Source: Clostridia bacterium (GTDB lineage: Bacteria > Bacillota > Clostridia > Monoglobales > Monoglobaceae). From it: a stretch of 64,000 nt of DNA. Positions 1 through 9,252 of the stretch are shown one piece after another. The notes below the pieces were generated by a model. That model made no database searches and had not been told where the DNA came from. It worked only from the letters and a program-made list of their open reading frames with translations. How positions within the stretch are numbered: the first letter of the stretch is position 1; each line of letters starts with the position of its first letter. The DNA lies in assembly GCA_045576835.1 (NCBI GenBank), contig JAZNHF010000036.1, positions 8,138 through 72,137 of the forward strand, given 5' to 3'. A program made the position numbers and the translations under genes.

Positions 1-435
1 AGACTTTATGTAAACAGATTTTTATATACACCCGAAAAAGGCGATGTCGTTATTTTTGAGCCTGCAACCGACCCGAACAGACCCTATGTTAAGCGTGTTA
101 TCGCAACAGAGGGGGACACTGTTTACATTGATTTCAGGTCAGGAAATGTCTATGTAAATGACGAGCTTCTGATAGAGGATTATATAAAAGATGAAACATA
201 CGAAACGGGCTCTTATATAAATATGCTCATTCAAAACGGCAATTACAGTAAATCAGACCCAATAGTTATTCAACCCGGGTATATATTTGTTATGGGCGAC
301 AACAGAAACAACAGTAAGGACAGCCGTCATTTAGGGCCTGTGCCTATAGACGAGGTAATGGGCGGTGCGGTGTTCCGTTTCTGGCCGTTTGACAGTATCG
401 GAACGGTTCATCAGGAGGCAGAAATATACGAATAA
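1..435 (+). CDS. lepB: Signal peptidase I (S26), C-terminal part; 5' end outside window
   Basis: Frame 1 is open from nt 1 (RLYVNRFLYTPEKGDVVIFEP...). It carries the S26 box 'GDNRNNSKDSRHLGPVP'. Sits in the lepB-rbgA-rnhB neighbourhood typical of Firmicutes. Confidence 0.85.
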   Translation, partial: RLYVNRFLYTPEKGDVVIFEPATDPNRPYVKRVIATEGDTVYIDFRSGNVYVNDELLIEDYIKDETYETGSYINMLIQNGNYSKSDPIVIQPGYIFVMGDNRNNSKDSRHLGPVPIDEVMGGAVFRFWPFDSIGTVHQEAEIYE

Positions 436-461
436 AAGATTAAAGGTTGGGGGTGACAGAA

Positions 462-1313
462 ATGGAACTGCAATGGTTTCCGGGGCATATGGCGAAGACA
501 AGACGGCTTATCTCTGAAAATCTTAAGCTTGTTGATGTTGTAATTGAGCTTCTTGATGCAAGGCTTCCGTTATCGTCACGCAACCCAGAGATAGATAATA
601 TTGTAGGCAAACGCCCAAGAATACTTGTGCTTAACAAAGCTGATATGGCAGACCCGGCTGCTACCGAGGCGTGGCTTGCATATTTCAAACAAAAGGGAAT
701 ATATGCAATCTCTTTAGATTGCAAAACAGGCAGGGGTATGTCGGCACTATCCCCCGCCATTGATAATGTACTTAAAGAAAAGTTTGAGCGTGACAAAAGC
801 AAGGGAATTTTGAGACATAGTATAAGAATGATGATTGTCGGAATACCAAATGTAGGCAAATCGTCGTTTATAAATCGTCTTTCCTCAAGAAATGCCGCAA
901 AGACGGGAGACAGACCTGGGGTAACTACGGCGAAGCAATGGATAAAAATTGCGGGCAGGTATGAGCTTCTTGATACCCCGGGCATACTCTGGCCCAAATT
1001 TGAAAGCGTAGATGTTGCAAGGCGGATTGCGTATACGGGCGGAATTAAAGACGAGATAATGGATATAGAAGAGCTTGCCTTTTATCTTGTTGCCTATCTT
1101 AAGGAAACCTATGCTCAAAACCTTGCAGAGAGATACAAGCTATCAGCAGATGAGCTTGAGCTGGAGGCTTGGGATTTAGTAAATCTTATCGGCAAAAAGC
1201 GTGGGTGCGTTATATCAGGAGGTGAGGTTGACACCTTCAGAACCTCTGCACTTATTCTTGATGAGTTCCGCTCGGCAAGGCTCGGGAGGATTACATTGGA
1301 ATTGCCGAATTAG
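462..1313 (+). CDS. rbgA: Ribosome biogenesis GTPase A (YlqF/RbgA)
   Basis: 'WFPGHMAKTRR' opening. Circularly permuted GTPase order: 'NKADM' comes before 'GIPNVGKSSFIN' and 'DTPG'. ATG 462 follows GGGGGTG; the track's TTG 447 is an upstream alternative. Confidence 0.9.
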   Translation: MELQWFPGHMAKTRRLISENLKLVDVVIELLDARLPLSSRNPEIDNIVGKRPRILVLNKADMADPAATEAWLAYFKQKGIYAISLDCKTGRGMSALSPAIDNVLKEKFERDKSKGILRHSIRMMIVGIPNVGKSSFINRLSSRNAAKTGDRPGVTTAKQWIKIAGRYELLDTPGILWPKFESVDVARRIAYTGGIKDEIMDIEELAFYLVAYLKETYAQNLAERYKLSADELELEAWDLVNLIGKKRGCVISGGEVDTFRTSALILDEFRSARLGRITLELPN

Positions 1314-1339
1314 CGGCGGCCTGAACGGGTCGCCGTTTT
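1314..1339 (+). terminator. Intrinsic terminator-like hairpin after rbgA
   Basis: CGGCGGCC / GGTCGCCG stem (one G-U pair), 6-nt loop, followed by TTTT. Confidence 0.55.
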
Positions 1340-1367
1340 CATACTTAAACAAAAGGATGGTGTAAAT

Positions 1368-1973
1368 ATGCCCGAGAGTGCAAAAGAATATTTTGACAGA
1401 GGTTATAAGCTTATAGCAGGAGTTGATGAGGTTGGAAGAGGACCTCTTGCAGGTCCCGTATGTGCCGCGGCGGTTATTCTGCCCGAGGGAATGGTTATAG
1501 AGGGCGTCAACGATTCAAAAAAATTGACCGAAAAGAAGAGAGAGGCTCTGTATGATGTTATTGCAGAAAAGGCGATCGCGTATTCTGTCGCATTTGCAGG
1601 ACCTGAAATTATAGACGAAATAAATATAAGACAGGCTACACATCTTGCGATGCAAAGGGCAATAGACGGTCTTGAAATAAAGCCTGATTTTCTGCTTGTT
1701 GACGGGAACGACAAAATTCAGTTCAATGGTGTTGAATGTGACTACATAGTAAAGGGCGATGCGAGGTTTGAGTGTATTGCGGCGGCTTCGATAATTGCAA
1801 AGGTTACCCGTGACAGATATATGGTGGAAATGGACAAGGTTTATCCCGATTACGGCTTTGCAAAGAATAAGGGCTACGGAACGGCGGTTCATATGCAGGG
1901 TATAAGAGAGGTCGGACTTACACCAATTCACAGAAAATCCTTTATTACAAACAAGGTTTTGGGGATAGAATAA
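1368..1973 (+). CDS. rnhB: Ribonuclease HII
   Basis: 'GVDEVGRGPLAGPV' active-site opening, 'DSKKL', about 200 aa. RBS AAGGATGG lies upstream. Confidence 0.9.
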   Translation: MPESAKEYFDRGYKLIAGVDEVGRGPLAGPVCAAAVILPEGMVIEGVNDSKKLTEKKREALYDVIAEKAIAYSVAFAGPEIIDEINIRQATHLAMQRAIDGLEIKPDFLLVDGNDKIQFNGVECDYIVKGDARFECIAAASIIAKVTRDRYMVEMDKVYPDYGFAKNKGYGTAVHMQGIREVGLTPIHRKSFITNKVLGIE

Positions 1974-2347
1974 TGAAAAGATACAACAAAAACCTCGGCG
2001 ATTTTGGTGAGGAAACGGCTAAAAGCTATTTGACCCGAAAGGGCTATGAGATAATAGAACGCAATTTCTGTGTCAAGGGCGGAGAAATTGACATAATATG
2101 TATAGACAGCGGCACCCTCGTCTTTGTCGAGGTGAAAACGCGAAGTTCTGAAAAATTCGGACTGCCGAGCGAAGCGATAGACAAGCGTAAGTCGGGACAT
2201 CTCCGCTGTGCAGCGGAGAGATATTTTGAAGGTCACGACTATGATTGTGATGTACGCTTTGATGTGGTTGAGGTTTATGCGGAGTTAAATGGTGATGAGT
2301 TCAGTATAAAGGGGATTAACCATATAACCGATATTGTTCTTGATTGA
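1973..2347 (+). CDS. yraN: YraN family (UPF0102) predicted endonuclease
   Basis: Pattern 'GEETA..YL..KGYEII.RNF....GEIDII......LVFVEVKTR'. The ATG overlaps the rnhB stop (TAATG). Confidence 0.85.
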   Translation: MKRYNKNLGDFGEETAKSYLTRKGYEIIERNFCVKGGEIDIICIDSGTLVFVEVKTRSSEKFGLPSEAIDKRKSGHLRCAAERYFEGHDYDCDVRFDVVEVYAELNGDEFSIKGINHITDIVLD

Positions 2348-2350
2348 GAG

Positions 2351-3322
2351 GTGCGACACTTGAACTGTATTTTTGATGCTCATTGTGATACGATTTATGA
2401 GCTTGATAAAAACAATTCATCGCTTATGAAAAATACTCTTCAGCTCGACATAGAGAGGATGGAGAGGTTTGATACATACATCCAGATTTTTGCTGCCTTT
2501 GTTGATAAAAAGACGATAAAGTGCTCGCCTATGGAGCATTGCAGAGCACTGATAGAGAAATATAAAAGCTCGATTGAGGAAAATAAGCAAAGGATTTCTG
2601 TGATAGAGAGCCTTGATGATCTGGAAAACGCAATCAAAAATAAGGGTGCATACTCAATCCTTGCAATAGAGGGCGGAGAGGCTCTTGGCGGATGTCTTGA
2701 TGCGGTTTTGATGTATTATAAATTGGGTGTACGCCTGATAACATTGACCTGGAACTATACCAACGAGCTTGGCGGCGGGATAACCGACGAGAGCGGCGGA
2801 GGGCTTACTGAATTTGGCAGGCGTGCCGTAGAGATGATGGAGAGCATTGGAATAGTCGTTGATGTGTCACATCTTTCCGAGAGAGGTTTTTTTGATGTAT
2901 GCGAGATTGCAAGGTATCCGTTTGTCGCATCACATTCGTGTGTACGCTCGCTTTGCTCACATAAGCGAAATCTATCTGACGAACAGATACGGGCAATAAT
3001 AGGAAAAAGAGGTTGCATCGGTGTTAATTTCTTTCCTGATTTTCTGTCTGACAGTAAAATTTGCACAGCAGATGAAATATACAGACATATAGAATATATT
3101 CTGGATCTTCGAGGAGAGGATTGCGTAGGACTTGGTTCTGATTTTGACGGCGTATCAAAGCTTCCGTCTGATATAAACGGGGTACAGGATATGCAAAAAA
3201 TTGCAGACGGAATTAAAAAAAGAGTGGCATCTGACATTGTTGCGGACAAAATTTTATACGGGAATTTCTTGCGGATATTCAAAAACTCCCTTAAGCGTGG
3301 CGAAAAAATTGAAAAAATCTGA
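2351..3322 (+). CDS. Membrane dipeptidase family (peptidase M19)
   Basis: Motifs 'DAHCDT', 'VDVSHLSE', 'ASHS', 'GLGSDFDG'. Start is GTG 2351, or TTG 2360, which is better spaced behind GAGAGGTG. Confidence 0.8.
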   Translation: MRHLNCIFDAHCDTIYELDKNNSSLMKNTLQLDIERMERFDTYIQIFAAFVDKKTIKCSPMEHCRALIEKYKSSIEENKQRISVIESLDDLENAIKNKGAYSILAIEGGEALGGCLDAVLMYYKLGVRLITLTWNYTNELGGGITDESGGGLTEFGRRAVEMMESIGIVVDVSHLSERGFFDVCEIARYPFVASHSCVRSLCSHKRNLSDEQIRAIIGKRGCIGVNFFPDFLSDSKICTADEIYRHIEYILDLRGEDCVGLGSDFDGVSKLPSDINGVQDMQKIADGIKKRVASDIVADKILYGNFLRIFKNSLKRGEKIEKI

Positions 3323-3342
3323 CGGGTTTCCGTCAATTTTTT
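3320..3342 (+). terminator. Intrinsic terminator after dipeptidase gene
   Basis: TGACGG-GTTT-CCGTCA hairpin overlapping the TGA stop, then ATTTTTT. Confidence 0.6.
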
Positions 3343-3448
3343 ATATATTTATATATATTTGAAGAAATTTGCGGGTTTTTATTGCATTTTTTCTGAAATT
3401 ATATTAAAATAATATGTTAAGATAAAAAATATTTTCGGAGGTAAAAAA

Positions 3449-4645
3449 ATGGATTTGAAAATTTCTAAAAAGGCGTCGGCAGTTAGCCCCTCGCCTACTC
3501 TTGCAATAGATTCAAAGTTCAAGCAGATGAAAAAGGAGGGTGTACCCGTTGTTGGCTTCGGTGCGGGAGAGCCTGACTTTAATACGCCTGAAAATATTAA
3601 GCTTGCGGGTATCCGTGCGATTGAAAATAATGTTACGAGATACACACCTGCATCTGGTACGCTTGAGCTTAAGGCTGCAGTCTGCGAAAAAATCAAAAAG
3701 GATACGGGTCTTGAGTATACTACGGCAAACATTGTTATCAGTAACGGAGGAAAGCATGCCTTGACCAATACATTTATGGCAATTTGTGACCCGGGCGACG
3801 AGGTTATCCTTCCTGCACCGTATTGGGTAAGTTATCCCGAGATGATAAAAATGGCAGATGGTATCCCTGTTTATATTGATACCTGTGAGGAAACGGGATT
3901 TAAATTTACAATAGAGCAGTTAAAGAATGCCATTACCCCCAAAACCCGTGCACTTGTTCTCAATACACCGAGCAACCCGACCGGTATGATTTATACTAAA
4001 GAGGAGATGCAGGAGATTGCAAAGGTTGCGGTAGAGAACAACATTTATGTTGTGTTTGATGAAATTTACGAAAAGCTTGTTTACGAGGGCGAGCATACAA
4101 ATATTGCAACACTCGGTGAGGATATACGCGAGCTTACAATAATCGTAAACGGTATGGCAAAGACATATGCGATGACAGGCTGGAGAATTGGATATATTGC
4201 GGCAAATGAAAAGCTGGCAAAAGCGATGGCAAACATTCAGAGCCACGCAACCTCTAACCCGAACTCGATTGCACAGGCTGCCGCGGTTGAGGCTCTTTGC
4301 GGCGACCAGAGCTTTATTGATGAGATGAAGGAGACCTATATAAAACGCAGAGATTATATGGTAGAGCGTATTAACGGAATTGAAGGTCTCTCTTGTCTTA
4401 ACCCAAATGGGGCGTTTTATATTTTTATGAATGTAAGAGATGTCCTTGGAAAAGAACATTACGGCAAGGTTATAAATACTGCAAGCGAGCTTTGTGAGGA
4501 TATGTTAGAGAGAGCACTTGTTGCCCTTGTCCCGAGTGAGGGATTTGGAATTGACGGTTATGTAAGACTCTCATATGCAACCTCTATGGAGGTAATACAA
4601 ACGGGTCTTGACAGAATCGAAAAGTATTTAAGGGGCGAATTTTAA
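3449..4645 (+). CDS. Class I PLP-dependent (aspartate-type) aminotransferase
   Basis: 'GEPDFNTP', 'LNTPSNPTG', and a Schiff-base lysine context 'NGMAKTYAMTGWRIGY'. RBS GGAGG is 8 nt upstream. Confidence 0.85.
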   Translation: MDLKISKKASAVSPSPTLAIDSKFKQMKKEGVPVVGFGAGEPDFNTPENIKLAGIRAIENNVTRYTPASGTLELKAAVCEKIKKDTGLEYTTANIVISNGGKHALTNTFMAICDPGDEVILPAPYWVSYPEMIKMADGIPVYIDTCEETGFKFTIEQLKNAITPKTRALVLNTPSNPTGMIYTKEEMQEIAKVAVENNIYVVFDEIYEKLVYEGEHTNIATLGEDIRELTIIVNGMAKTYAMTGWRIGYIAANEKLAKAMANIQSHATSNPNSIAQAAAVEALCGDQSFIDEMKETYIKRRDYMVERINGIEGLSCLNPNGAFYIFMNVRDVLGKEHYGKVINTASELCEDMLERALVALVPSEGFGIDGYVRLSYATSMEVIQTGLDRIEKYLRGEF

Positions 4646-4676
4646 ATAAATCACAACTGATAATGGAGTGAGTGTA

Positions 4677-5465
4677 ATGAAAATCGGATTTATAGGCGGC
4701 GGGAATATGGCGTCTGCCTTGATTGGCGGACTTATTTCGTCGGGGCATAGGCCTGAGGATATAGTCCTTACCGATACTGATAAAAATAAGTGTGATGCCT
4801 TTGCGAAAAGGAATGTAAAAATTGCAGAAAATGCCGCCGAATTAGAGAGCCAAAGCGAGGTAATAATTTTTGCAGTAAAGCCAAACATTATACCGATTGT
4901 TCTAGAGGGGATTAAAGGTGATAAGGACAAAATTTATATATCGATTGCGGCTGGGATAAGCCTTTCGTATTTAGAAAGCAAGCTTGGTGCTGACAAAAAA
5001 ATTGTCCGTACAATGCCCAACACACCCGCACAGGTCGGCTGCGGAATGACTGTAATTACTCCGAATAAAAATCTATTACAGAGCGATGTTGAAAAAATAA
5101 CGGGGCTGTTTTCAGCTGTCGGCGATACCGAGATTATGCCAGAGAAATTTATGACAGTTGCAACGGCACTTCACGGAAGCAGTCCTGCTTATGCCTATAT
5201 GTTTATAGACGCAATGGCGGATGCAGGTGTCAGCTTCGGACTTACCAAAGAACAGGCGTTAAGGCTTGCGGCAAAGGCAGTAGAGGGAAGTGCCAGAATG
5301 GTGCTTGATACGGGAATTCATCCTGAACAGTTAAAGGATAATGTATGTTCCCCGGGCGGAACGACGATAGCCGCGGTTTGCGATTTAGAGGAAAATGGGT
5401 TCCGTGCAGTTGTGCAAAGTGCGGTAAATGCTTGCGTAGAGCGGGCAGAAGAAATGAGCAAATAA
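4677..5465 (+). CDS. proC: Pyrroline-5-carboxylate reductase
   Basis: 'KIGFIGGGNMASALIGG' Rossmann opening and 'SPGGTT' signature. ATG 4677 follows GGAG; the track's GTG 4668 lies inside that RBS. Confidence 0.9.
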   Translation: MKIGFIGGGNMASALIGGLISSGHRPEDIVLTDTDKNKCDAFAKRNVKIAENAAELESQSEVIIFAVKPNIIPIVLEGIKGDKDKIYISIAAGISLSYLESKLGADKKIVRTMPNTPAQVGCGMTVITPNKNLLQSDVEKITGLFSAVGDTEIMPEKFMTVATALHGSSPAYAYMFIDAMADAGVSFGLTKEQALRLAAKAVEGSARMVLDTGIHPEQLKDNVCSPGGTTIAAVCDLEENGFRAVVQSAVNACVERAEEMSK

Positions 5466-5480
5466 TTGCAGGTGAGAGGT

Positions 5481-6077
5481 ATGAAAATTATTGCCCTAAC
5501 CGGTGGAATAGGTGCGGGTAAAAGTGTTGTGGCGGCGGAATTTGCAAGACTTGGTGCAGAGGTTATTGACTCTGACAAGGTGTCGCACGAGCTTATGATG
5601 CCCGGGCAAGCTGTATACAAAGAGGTTGCAGAAGAATTCGGAGACGGAATTTTAGCAAATGATGGCACGATTGACAGAACCGCTCTTGCGGAAATTGTGT
5701 TTTCTGACGACGAAAAGCTTGCTGTTTTGAATAACATAACTCATCATCAAATATATAAAGAAATAGAGAGAAGAATTTTGCTCTCGGCAGCGGATGTTGT
5801 ATGTATCGAAATACCCCTTTTGTATACTGCGGAATGTCCGCTTGATTTAGACCTTAAGGTTGCGGTTGTTGCACCCAGAGACTTGAGAATAGCCAGGATT
5901 GTAGAGCGTGACGGATGCAGTACCGATATGGCAAGGGCGAGAATGGATAAACAGTTGACTGACAAAGAATATAAGATGCTATCCGATGAAGTAATAGAAA
6001 ATGACGGAGAGCTTGAAAAAATAAGGGAAAAGGTTGCAGAAATTTTCAACCGACTTATAACAGGAAGTGGGAAATGA
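5481..6077 (+). CDS. coaE: Dephospho-CoA kinase
   Basis: 'KIIALTGGIGAGKS' P-loop, about 200 aa. ATG 5481 follows GGTGAGAGG. Confidence 0.9.
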   Translation: MKIIALTGGIGAGKSVVAAEFARLGAEVIDSDKVSHELMMPGQAVYKEVAEEFGDGILANDGTIDRTALAEIVFSDDEKLAVLNNITHHQIYKEIERRILLSAADVVCIEIPLLYTAECPLDLDLKVAVVAPRDLRIARIVERDGCSTDMARARMDKQLTDKEYKMLSDEVIENDGELEKIREKVAEIFNRLITGSGK

Positions 6078-6700
6078 GAGAGAACAGACAACGAAGGAGA
6101 CGACGCAAAAGCGGATGCGGTCTCGGAATATTTAAGTTTATAATATTCGTTCTGATTATTGTAGCTATCGGTGCATTTGCGGGCAAGAGCTATTTTGGTT
6201 CAAATCTTGCCGACAAAATCAAAAAGGTTCAATACCCGATAAAATACGAATTTTTTGTTGAAAAATATTCAGATAAGTTTGAGCTTGACAAATATCTTGT
6301 TTTTGCCGTGATGCGTACAGAGAGCAGATTTGACAAATATGCGGTATCGTCTGCAGATGCCAAAGGACTTATGCAGCTTACTGATGAGACGGGCGGGGAC
6401 TGTGCAAAAAAGCTTGGGATTGATGATTATTCAAACGATGCACTTTTTGACCCTGAGATTAACATAATGCTTGGATGTTACTATCTGCGGTGGCTGCTTG
6501 ACAGATATGAAGATACGGACACTGCTCTTGCGGCGTATAACGGCGGGCTTGGTAATGTAGACAAGTGGCTTTCGGATAATGCTTGTGTTGATGAAACGGG
6601 AAAACTTGTAAACATTCCTTTTCGGGAAACAAGAAATTATGTTATCAAGGTAAAAGCATCGGCAGAGATGTATAAAAAATTGTATGGTAATGTAGAATAA
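6074..6700 (+). CDS. Membrane-anchored lytic transglycosylase (SLT domain)
   Basis: N-terminal basic stretch plus a TM segment. SLT motifs 'RTESRFD', 'AKGLMQL', 'AYNGG'. ATGA overlap with the coaE stop. Confidence 0.8.
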   Translation: MRENRQRRRRRKSGCGLGIFKFIIFVLIIVAIGAFAGKSYFGSNLADKIKKVQYPIKYEFFVEKYSDKFELDKYLVFAVMRTESRFDKYAVSSADAKGLMQLTDETGGDCAKKLGIDDYSNDALFDPEINIMLGCYYLRWLLDRYEDTDTALAAYNGGLGNVDKWLSDNACVDETGKLVNIPFRETRNYVIKVKASAEMYKKLYGNVE

Positions 6701-6722
6701 ACAAGAGAGGAAAGTGAGAATT

Positions 6723-8132
6723 ATGGCTAAATTGAGCGAAACAGAGACGAAGCTCTGTTATGAAAACAAGAATATGTTTTCTAAAGCGGACGATAAAGAA
6801 AAAAAGGAAATATTTGATTTTTGTGAGGACTATCGAAGATTTATAACTGATGCAAAAACAGAGAGAGAGTTTTGTGACGCAACCTGCAGAGAGCTTGCCC
6901 GTGCGGGATTTGTTCCGCTTGAAGAGAAGGTAAGCTTATCTGCCGGCGACAAGGTTTATACTGTAAACAGGGGCAAGGGCGTAATTGCGGCAGTTATCGG
7001 AACTGATGACATAAGACAGGGCATCAGTCTTATCGGTGCTCATATGGATTCGCCGAGACTTGACCTCAAGCCGAACCCTTTGTACGAAGACGGCGGTATG
7101 GCATTTTTTAAGACGCACTACTACGGCGGAATTAAGAAATATCAGTGGACTGCTATTCCGCTTGCCATTCACGGAGTTGTTGCCTTGACGGACGGAACGC
7201 AGATAAATATAGTCATAGGTGAGGACGAAAACGACCCTGTATTTTGCATATCAGACCTTTTGCCGCATCTTGCCGATGTGCAAATGAAAAAAAAGATGCA
7301 CGAAGCAATTCCGGGTGAGAGCCTAAATGTAATTCTCGGTAACATTGCTTGCGAGGATGAAGATGTAAAAGAGGGGATAAAGCTCAACATATTAAAGCTA
7401 CTCAACGAGAGATATGGCATAAATGAGGAAGATTTACTCAGCAGCGAGATTGAGGTTGTTCCTGCATTCAAGGCAAGAGATATAGGCCTTGACAGAAGTA
7501 TGGTCGGAGGCTACGGGCAAGACGACCGAGTTTGTGCGTATACTGCACTTCGTGCGTTGCTTGATATAAAGAAACCCAAAAAGACTGCGGTATGTCTTCT
7601 TGTTGACAAAGAAGAGGTTGGCTCTATGGGTGCAACGGGTATGCAGTCACGCAAATTTGAGAATGTTTTGGCTAAACTTTGTGCACTGTCCTGCAAGGAT
7701 TATAATGACATTGTTTTGAGGGATTGCCTCACTAACTCAACCTGTCTTTCTGCCGATGTTGGTGCAGCTTTTGACCCGAATTATCCTGATGTTACCGAAA
7801 GGAGAAACGGTGCAATTTTTGGCGGCGGAATTTTCCTGACAAAATACACAGGCTCGCGTGGTAAGGGCGGGGCAAGCGATGCAAGTGCAGAGCTTGTTGC
7901 AAAAATTCGCAAAATCTTTAACGAAAACGGTGTAAAATGGCAGATAGGTGAGCTTGGTAAGGTTGACGGCGGCGGCGGCGGAACAATCGCTCAGTTTGTT
8001 GCAAACCTTGATATGGATGTAATTGACGCGGGAGTTGCACTTCTTTCTATGCATTCGCCCTATGAGATTGCAAGCAAGTTTGATATATTTATGACCTATA
8101 AAGCATACAGAGAATTTTATAAGCACAACTAA
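6723..8132 (+). CDS. M18-family aminopeptidase
   Basis: 'GAHMDSPRLDLKPNP', 'YGQDDR', 'DKEEVGS', 'LSMHSP'. Start is ATG 6723; GTG 6714 is an alternative. Confidence 0.8.
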   Translation: MAKLSETETKLCYENKNMFSKADDKEKKEIFDFCEDYRRFITDAKTEREFCDATCRELARAGFVPLEEKVSLSAGDKVYTVNRGKGVIAAVIGTDDIRQGISLIGAHMDSPRLDLKPNPLYEDGGMAFFKTHYYGGIKKYQWTAIPLAIHGVVALTDGTQINIVIGEDENDPVFCISDLLPHLADVQMKKKMHEAIPGESLNVILGNIACEDEDVKEGIKLNILKLLNERYGINEEDLLSSEIEVVPAFKARDIGLDRSMVGGYGQDDRVCAYTALRALLDIKKPKKTAVCLLVDKEEVGSMGATGMQSRKFENVLAKLCALSCKDYNDIVLRDCLTNSTCLSADVGAAFDPNYPDVTERRNGAIFGGGIFLTKYTGSRGKGGASDASAELVAKIRKIFNENGVKWQIGELGKVDGGGGGTIAQFVANLDMDVIDAGVALLSMHSPYEIASKFDIFMTYKAYREFYKHN

Positions 8133-8140
8133 ATATTTAG

Positions 8141-8172
8141 ACAGAGGCAAAGGTATTTGCCTCTGTTTTTTT
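8141..8172 (+). terminator. Intrinsic terminator
   Basis: ACAGAGGCAA / TTGCCTCTGT 10-bp stem, 6-nt loop, then TTTTTT. Confidence 0.85.
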
Positions 8173-8234
8173 GTGAATAAAAAACCGTATTTACGACAGA
8201 ATATATACCAAAGAAAAACAAAGGTGGTAGATGT

Positions 8235-9182
8235 ATGTTTAAGGGTAAAATTACTGTTGTCGGTGCAGGAAATGTTGGTTCGACTATTGCATATACTCTT
8301 ATGATGAGCTCGCTTGTTTCGGAAATTGTGCTTCTTGATATAAACAAGGAAAAAGCTGAGGGCGATGCAATGGATATGAACCACGGGGTCAGCTTTGTAA
8401 GTCCTGTTCGCATAATTGCGGGCGATTATTGTGATATAAAGGGAAGCGATATGGTTATCATTACCGCGGGGGCGAACCAGCGTGAGGGTGAAAAACGAAC
8501 GGATTTATTGAGGCGTAACGCAGATATTTTTAAAAACATAATTGACAACATATTGAGATATTGCAACAACGATACCATACTCATGGTGGTTACCAATCCT
8601 GTTGATATTTTAACTTATATTACCTGCAAACTTTCGGGGTTTTCCAAAAACAATGTAATAGGCTCGGGGACGGTGCTTGACACATCAAGGCTTAAATATT
8701 TGATAAGTGAGAAGGTAAAGGTTGATACAAGAAATGTTCACACCTATATCATAGGTGAACACGGCGACTCTGAAGTTGCGGCGTGGAGCGTAACAAATGT
8801 AGCGGGAATGGGAATACAGGAATACTGCAGCTGCGGCGGTGATTGTAAATCCGTCGATATATGTGAAGACGAGCTATACGGCAAGACGAAAAATGCCGCA
8901 TATGAGATAATTAGCAAAAAAGGCTCTACCTACTATGCGATAGCTTTGGCGGTTAAGAGGATTGTTGAGTGTATTATCGGTGATGAAAACTCGATTTTAA
9001 CCGTCTCGAGCTTGTTTGAGGGTGAATATGGAATAAGTGATGTCTGCCTTTCTGCTCCTACCGTTGTCGGCTCGGGCGGAGCAGAGAGAATTATTGAGAT
9101 AGAATTCTCCCAAGAGGAGCTTGGCGGACTTTTGCAAAGTGCAAACACACTTAAGGCTCTTGCGAAAGAAATTGGATATTAA
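8235..9182 (+). CDS. ldh: L-lactate dehydrogenase
   Basis: 'KITVVGAGNVGS', 'ITAGANQREGEKRTDLL', 'GEHGDSEV'. RBS AAGGTGG lies upstream. Confidence 0.9.
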   Translation: MFKGKITVVGAGNVGSTIAYTLMMSSLVSEIVLLDINKEKAEGDAMDMNHGVSFVSPVRIIAGDYCDIKGSDMVIITAGANQREGEKRTDLLRRNADIFKNIIDNILRYCNNDTILMVVTNPVDILTYITCKLSGFSKNNVIGSGTVLDTSRLKYLISEKVKVDTRNVHTYIIGEHGDSEVAAWSVTNVAGMGIQEYCSCGGDCKSVDICEDELYGKTKNAAYEIISKKGSTYYAIALAVKRIVECIIGDENSILTVSSLFEGEYGISDVCLSAPTVVGSGGAERIIEIEFSQEELGGLLQSANTLKALAKEIGY

Positions 9183-9188
9183 AAAATA

Positions 9189-9217
9189 TTGCGTTGTTTG
9201 ATTTTTTGTGTTATACT
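9189..9217 (+). promoter_or_regulatory. SigmaA-type promoter with extended -10
   Basis: TTGCGT, 17-nt spacer, TATACT, with TG one nt upstream of the -10 (TGtTATACT). Confidence 0.5.
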
Positions 9218-9252
9218 TTTTATTGCACAAAGGAATACAAGGAGGAATATTT

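Noticed and set aside
440-997. 185-aa minus-strand ORF opposite rbgA. Similar long antisense ORFs occur at 2755-3336, 7737-8384, 15744-16382, 28013-28525, 40757-41431, 41810-42583 and 43417-43956.
   Set aside because: Each lies entirely antisense to a gene with clear family motifs. Each has Ser/Leu/Ile/Arg-rich low-complexity composition typical of shadow frames and lacks an RBS.
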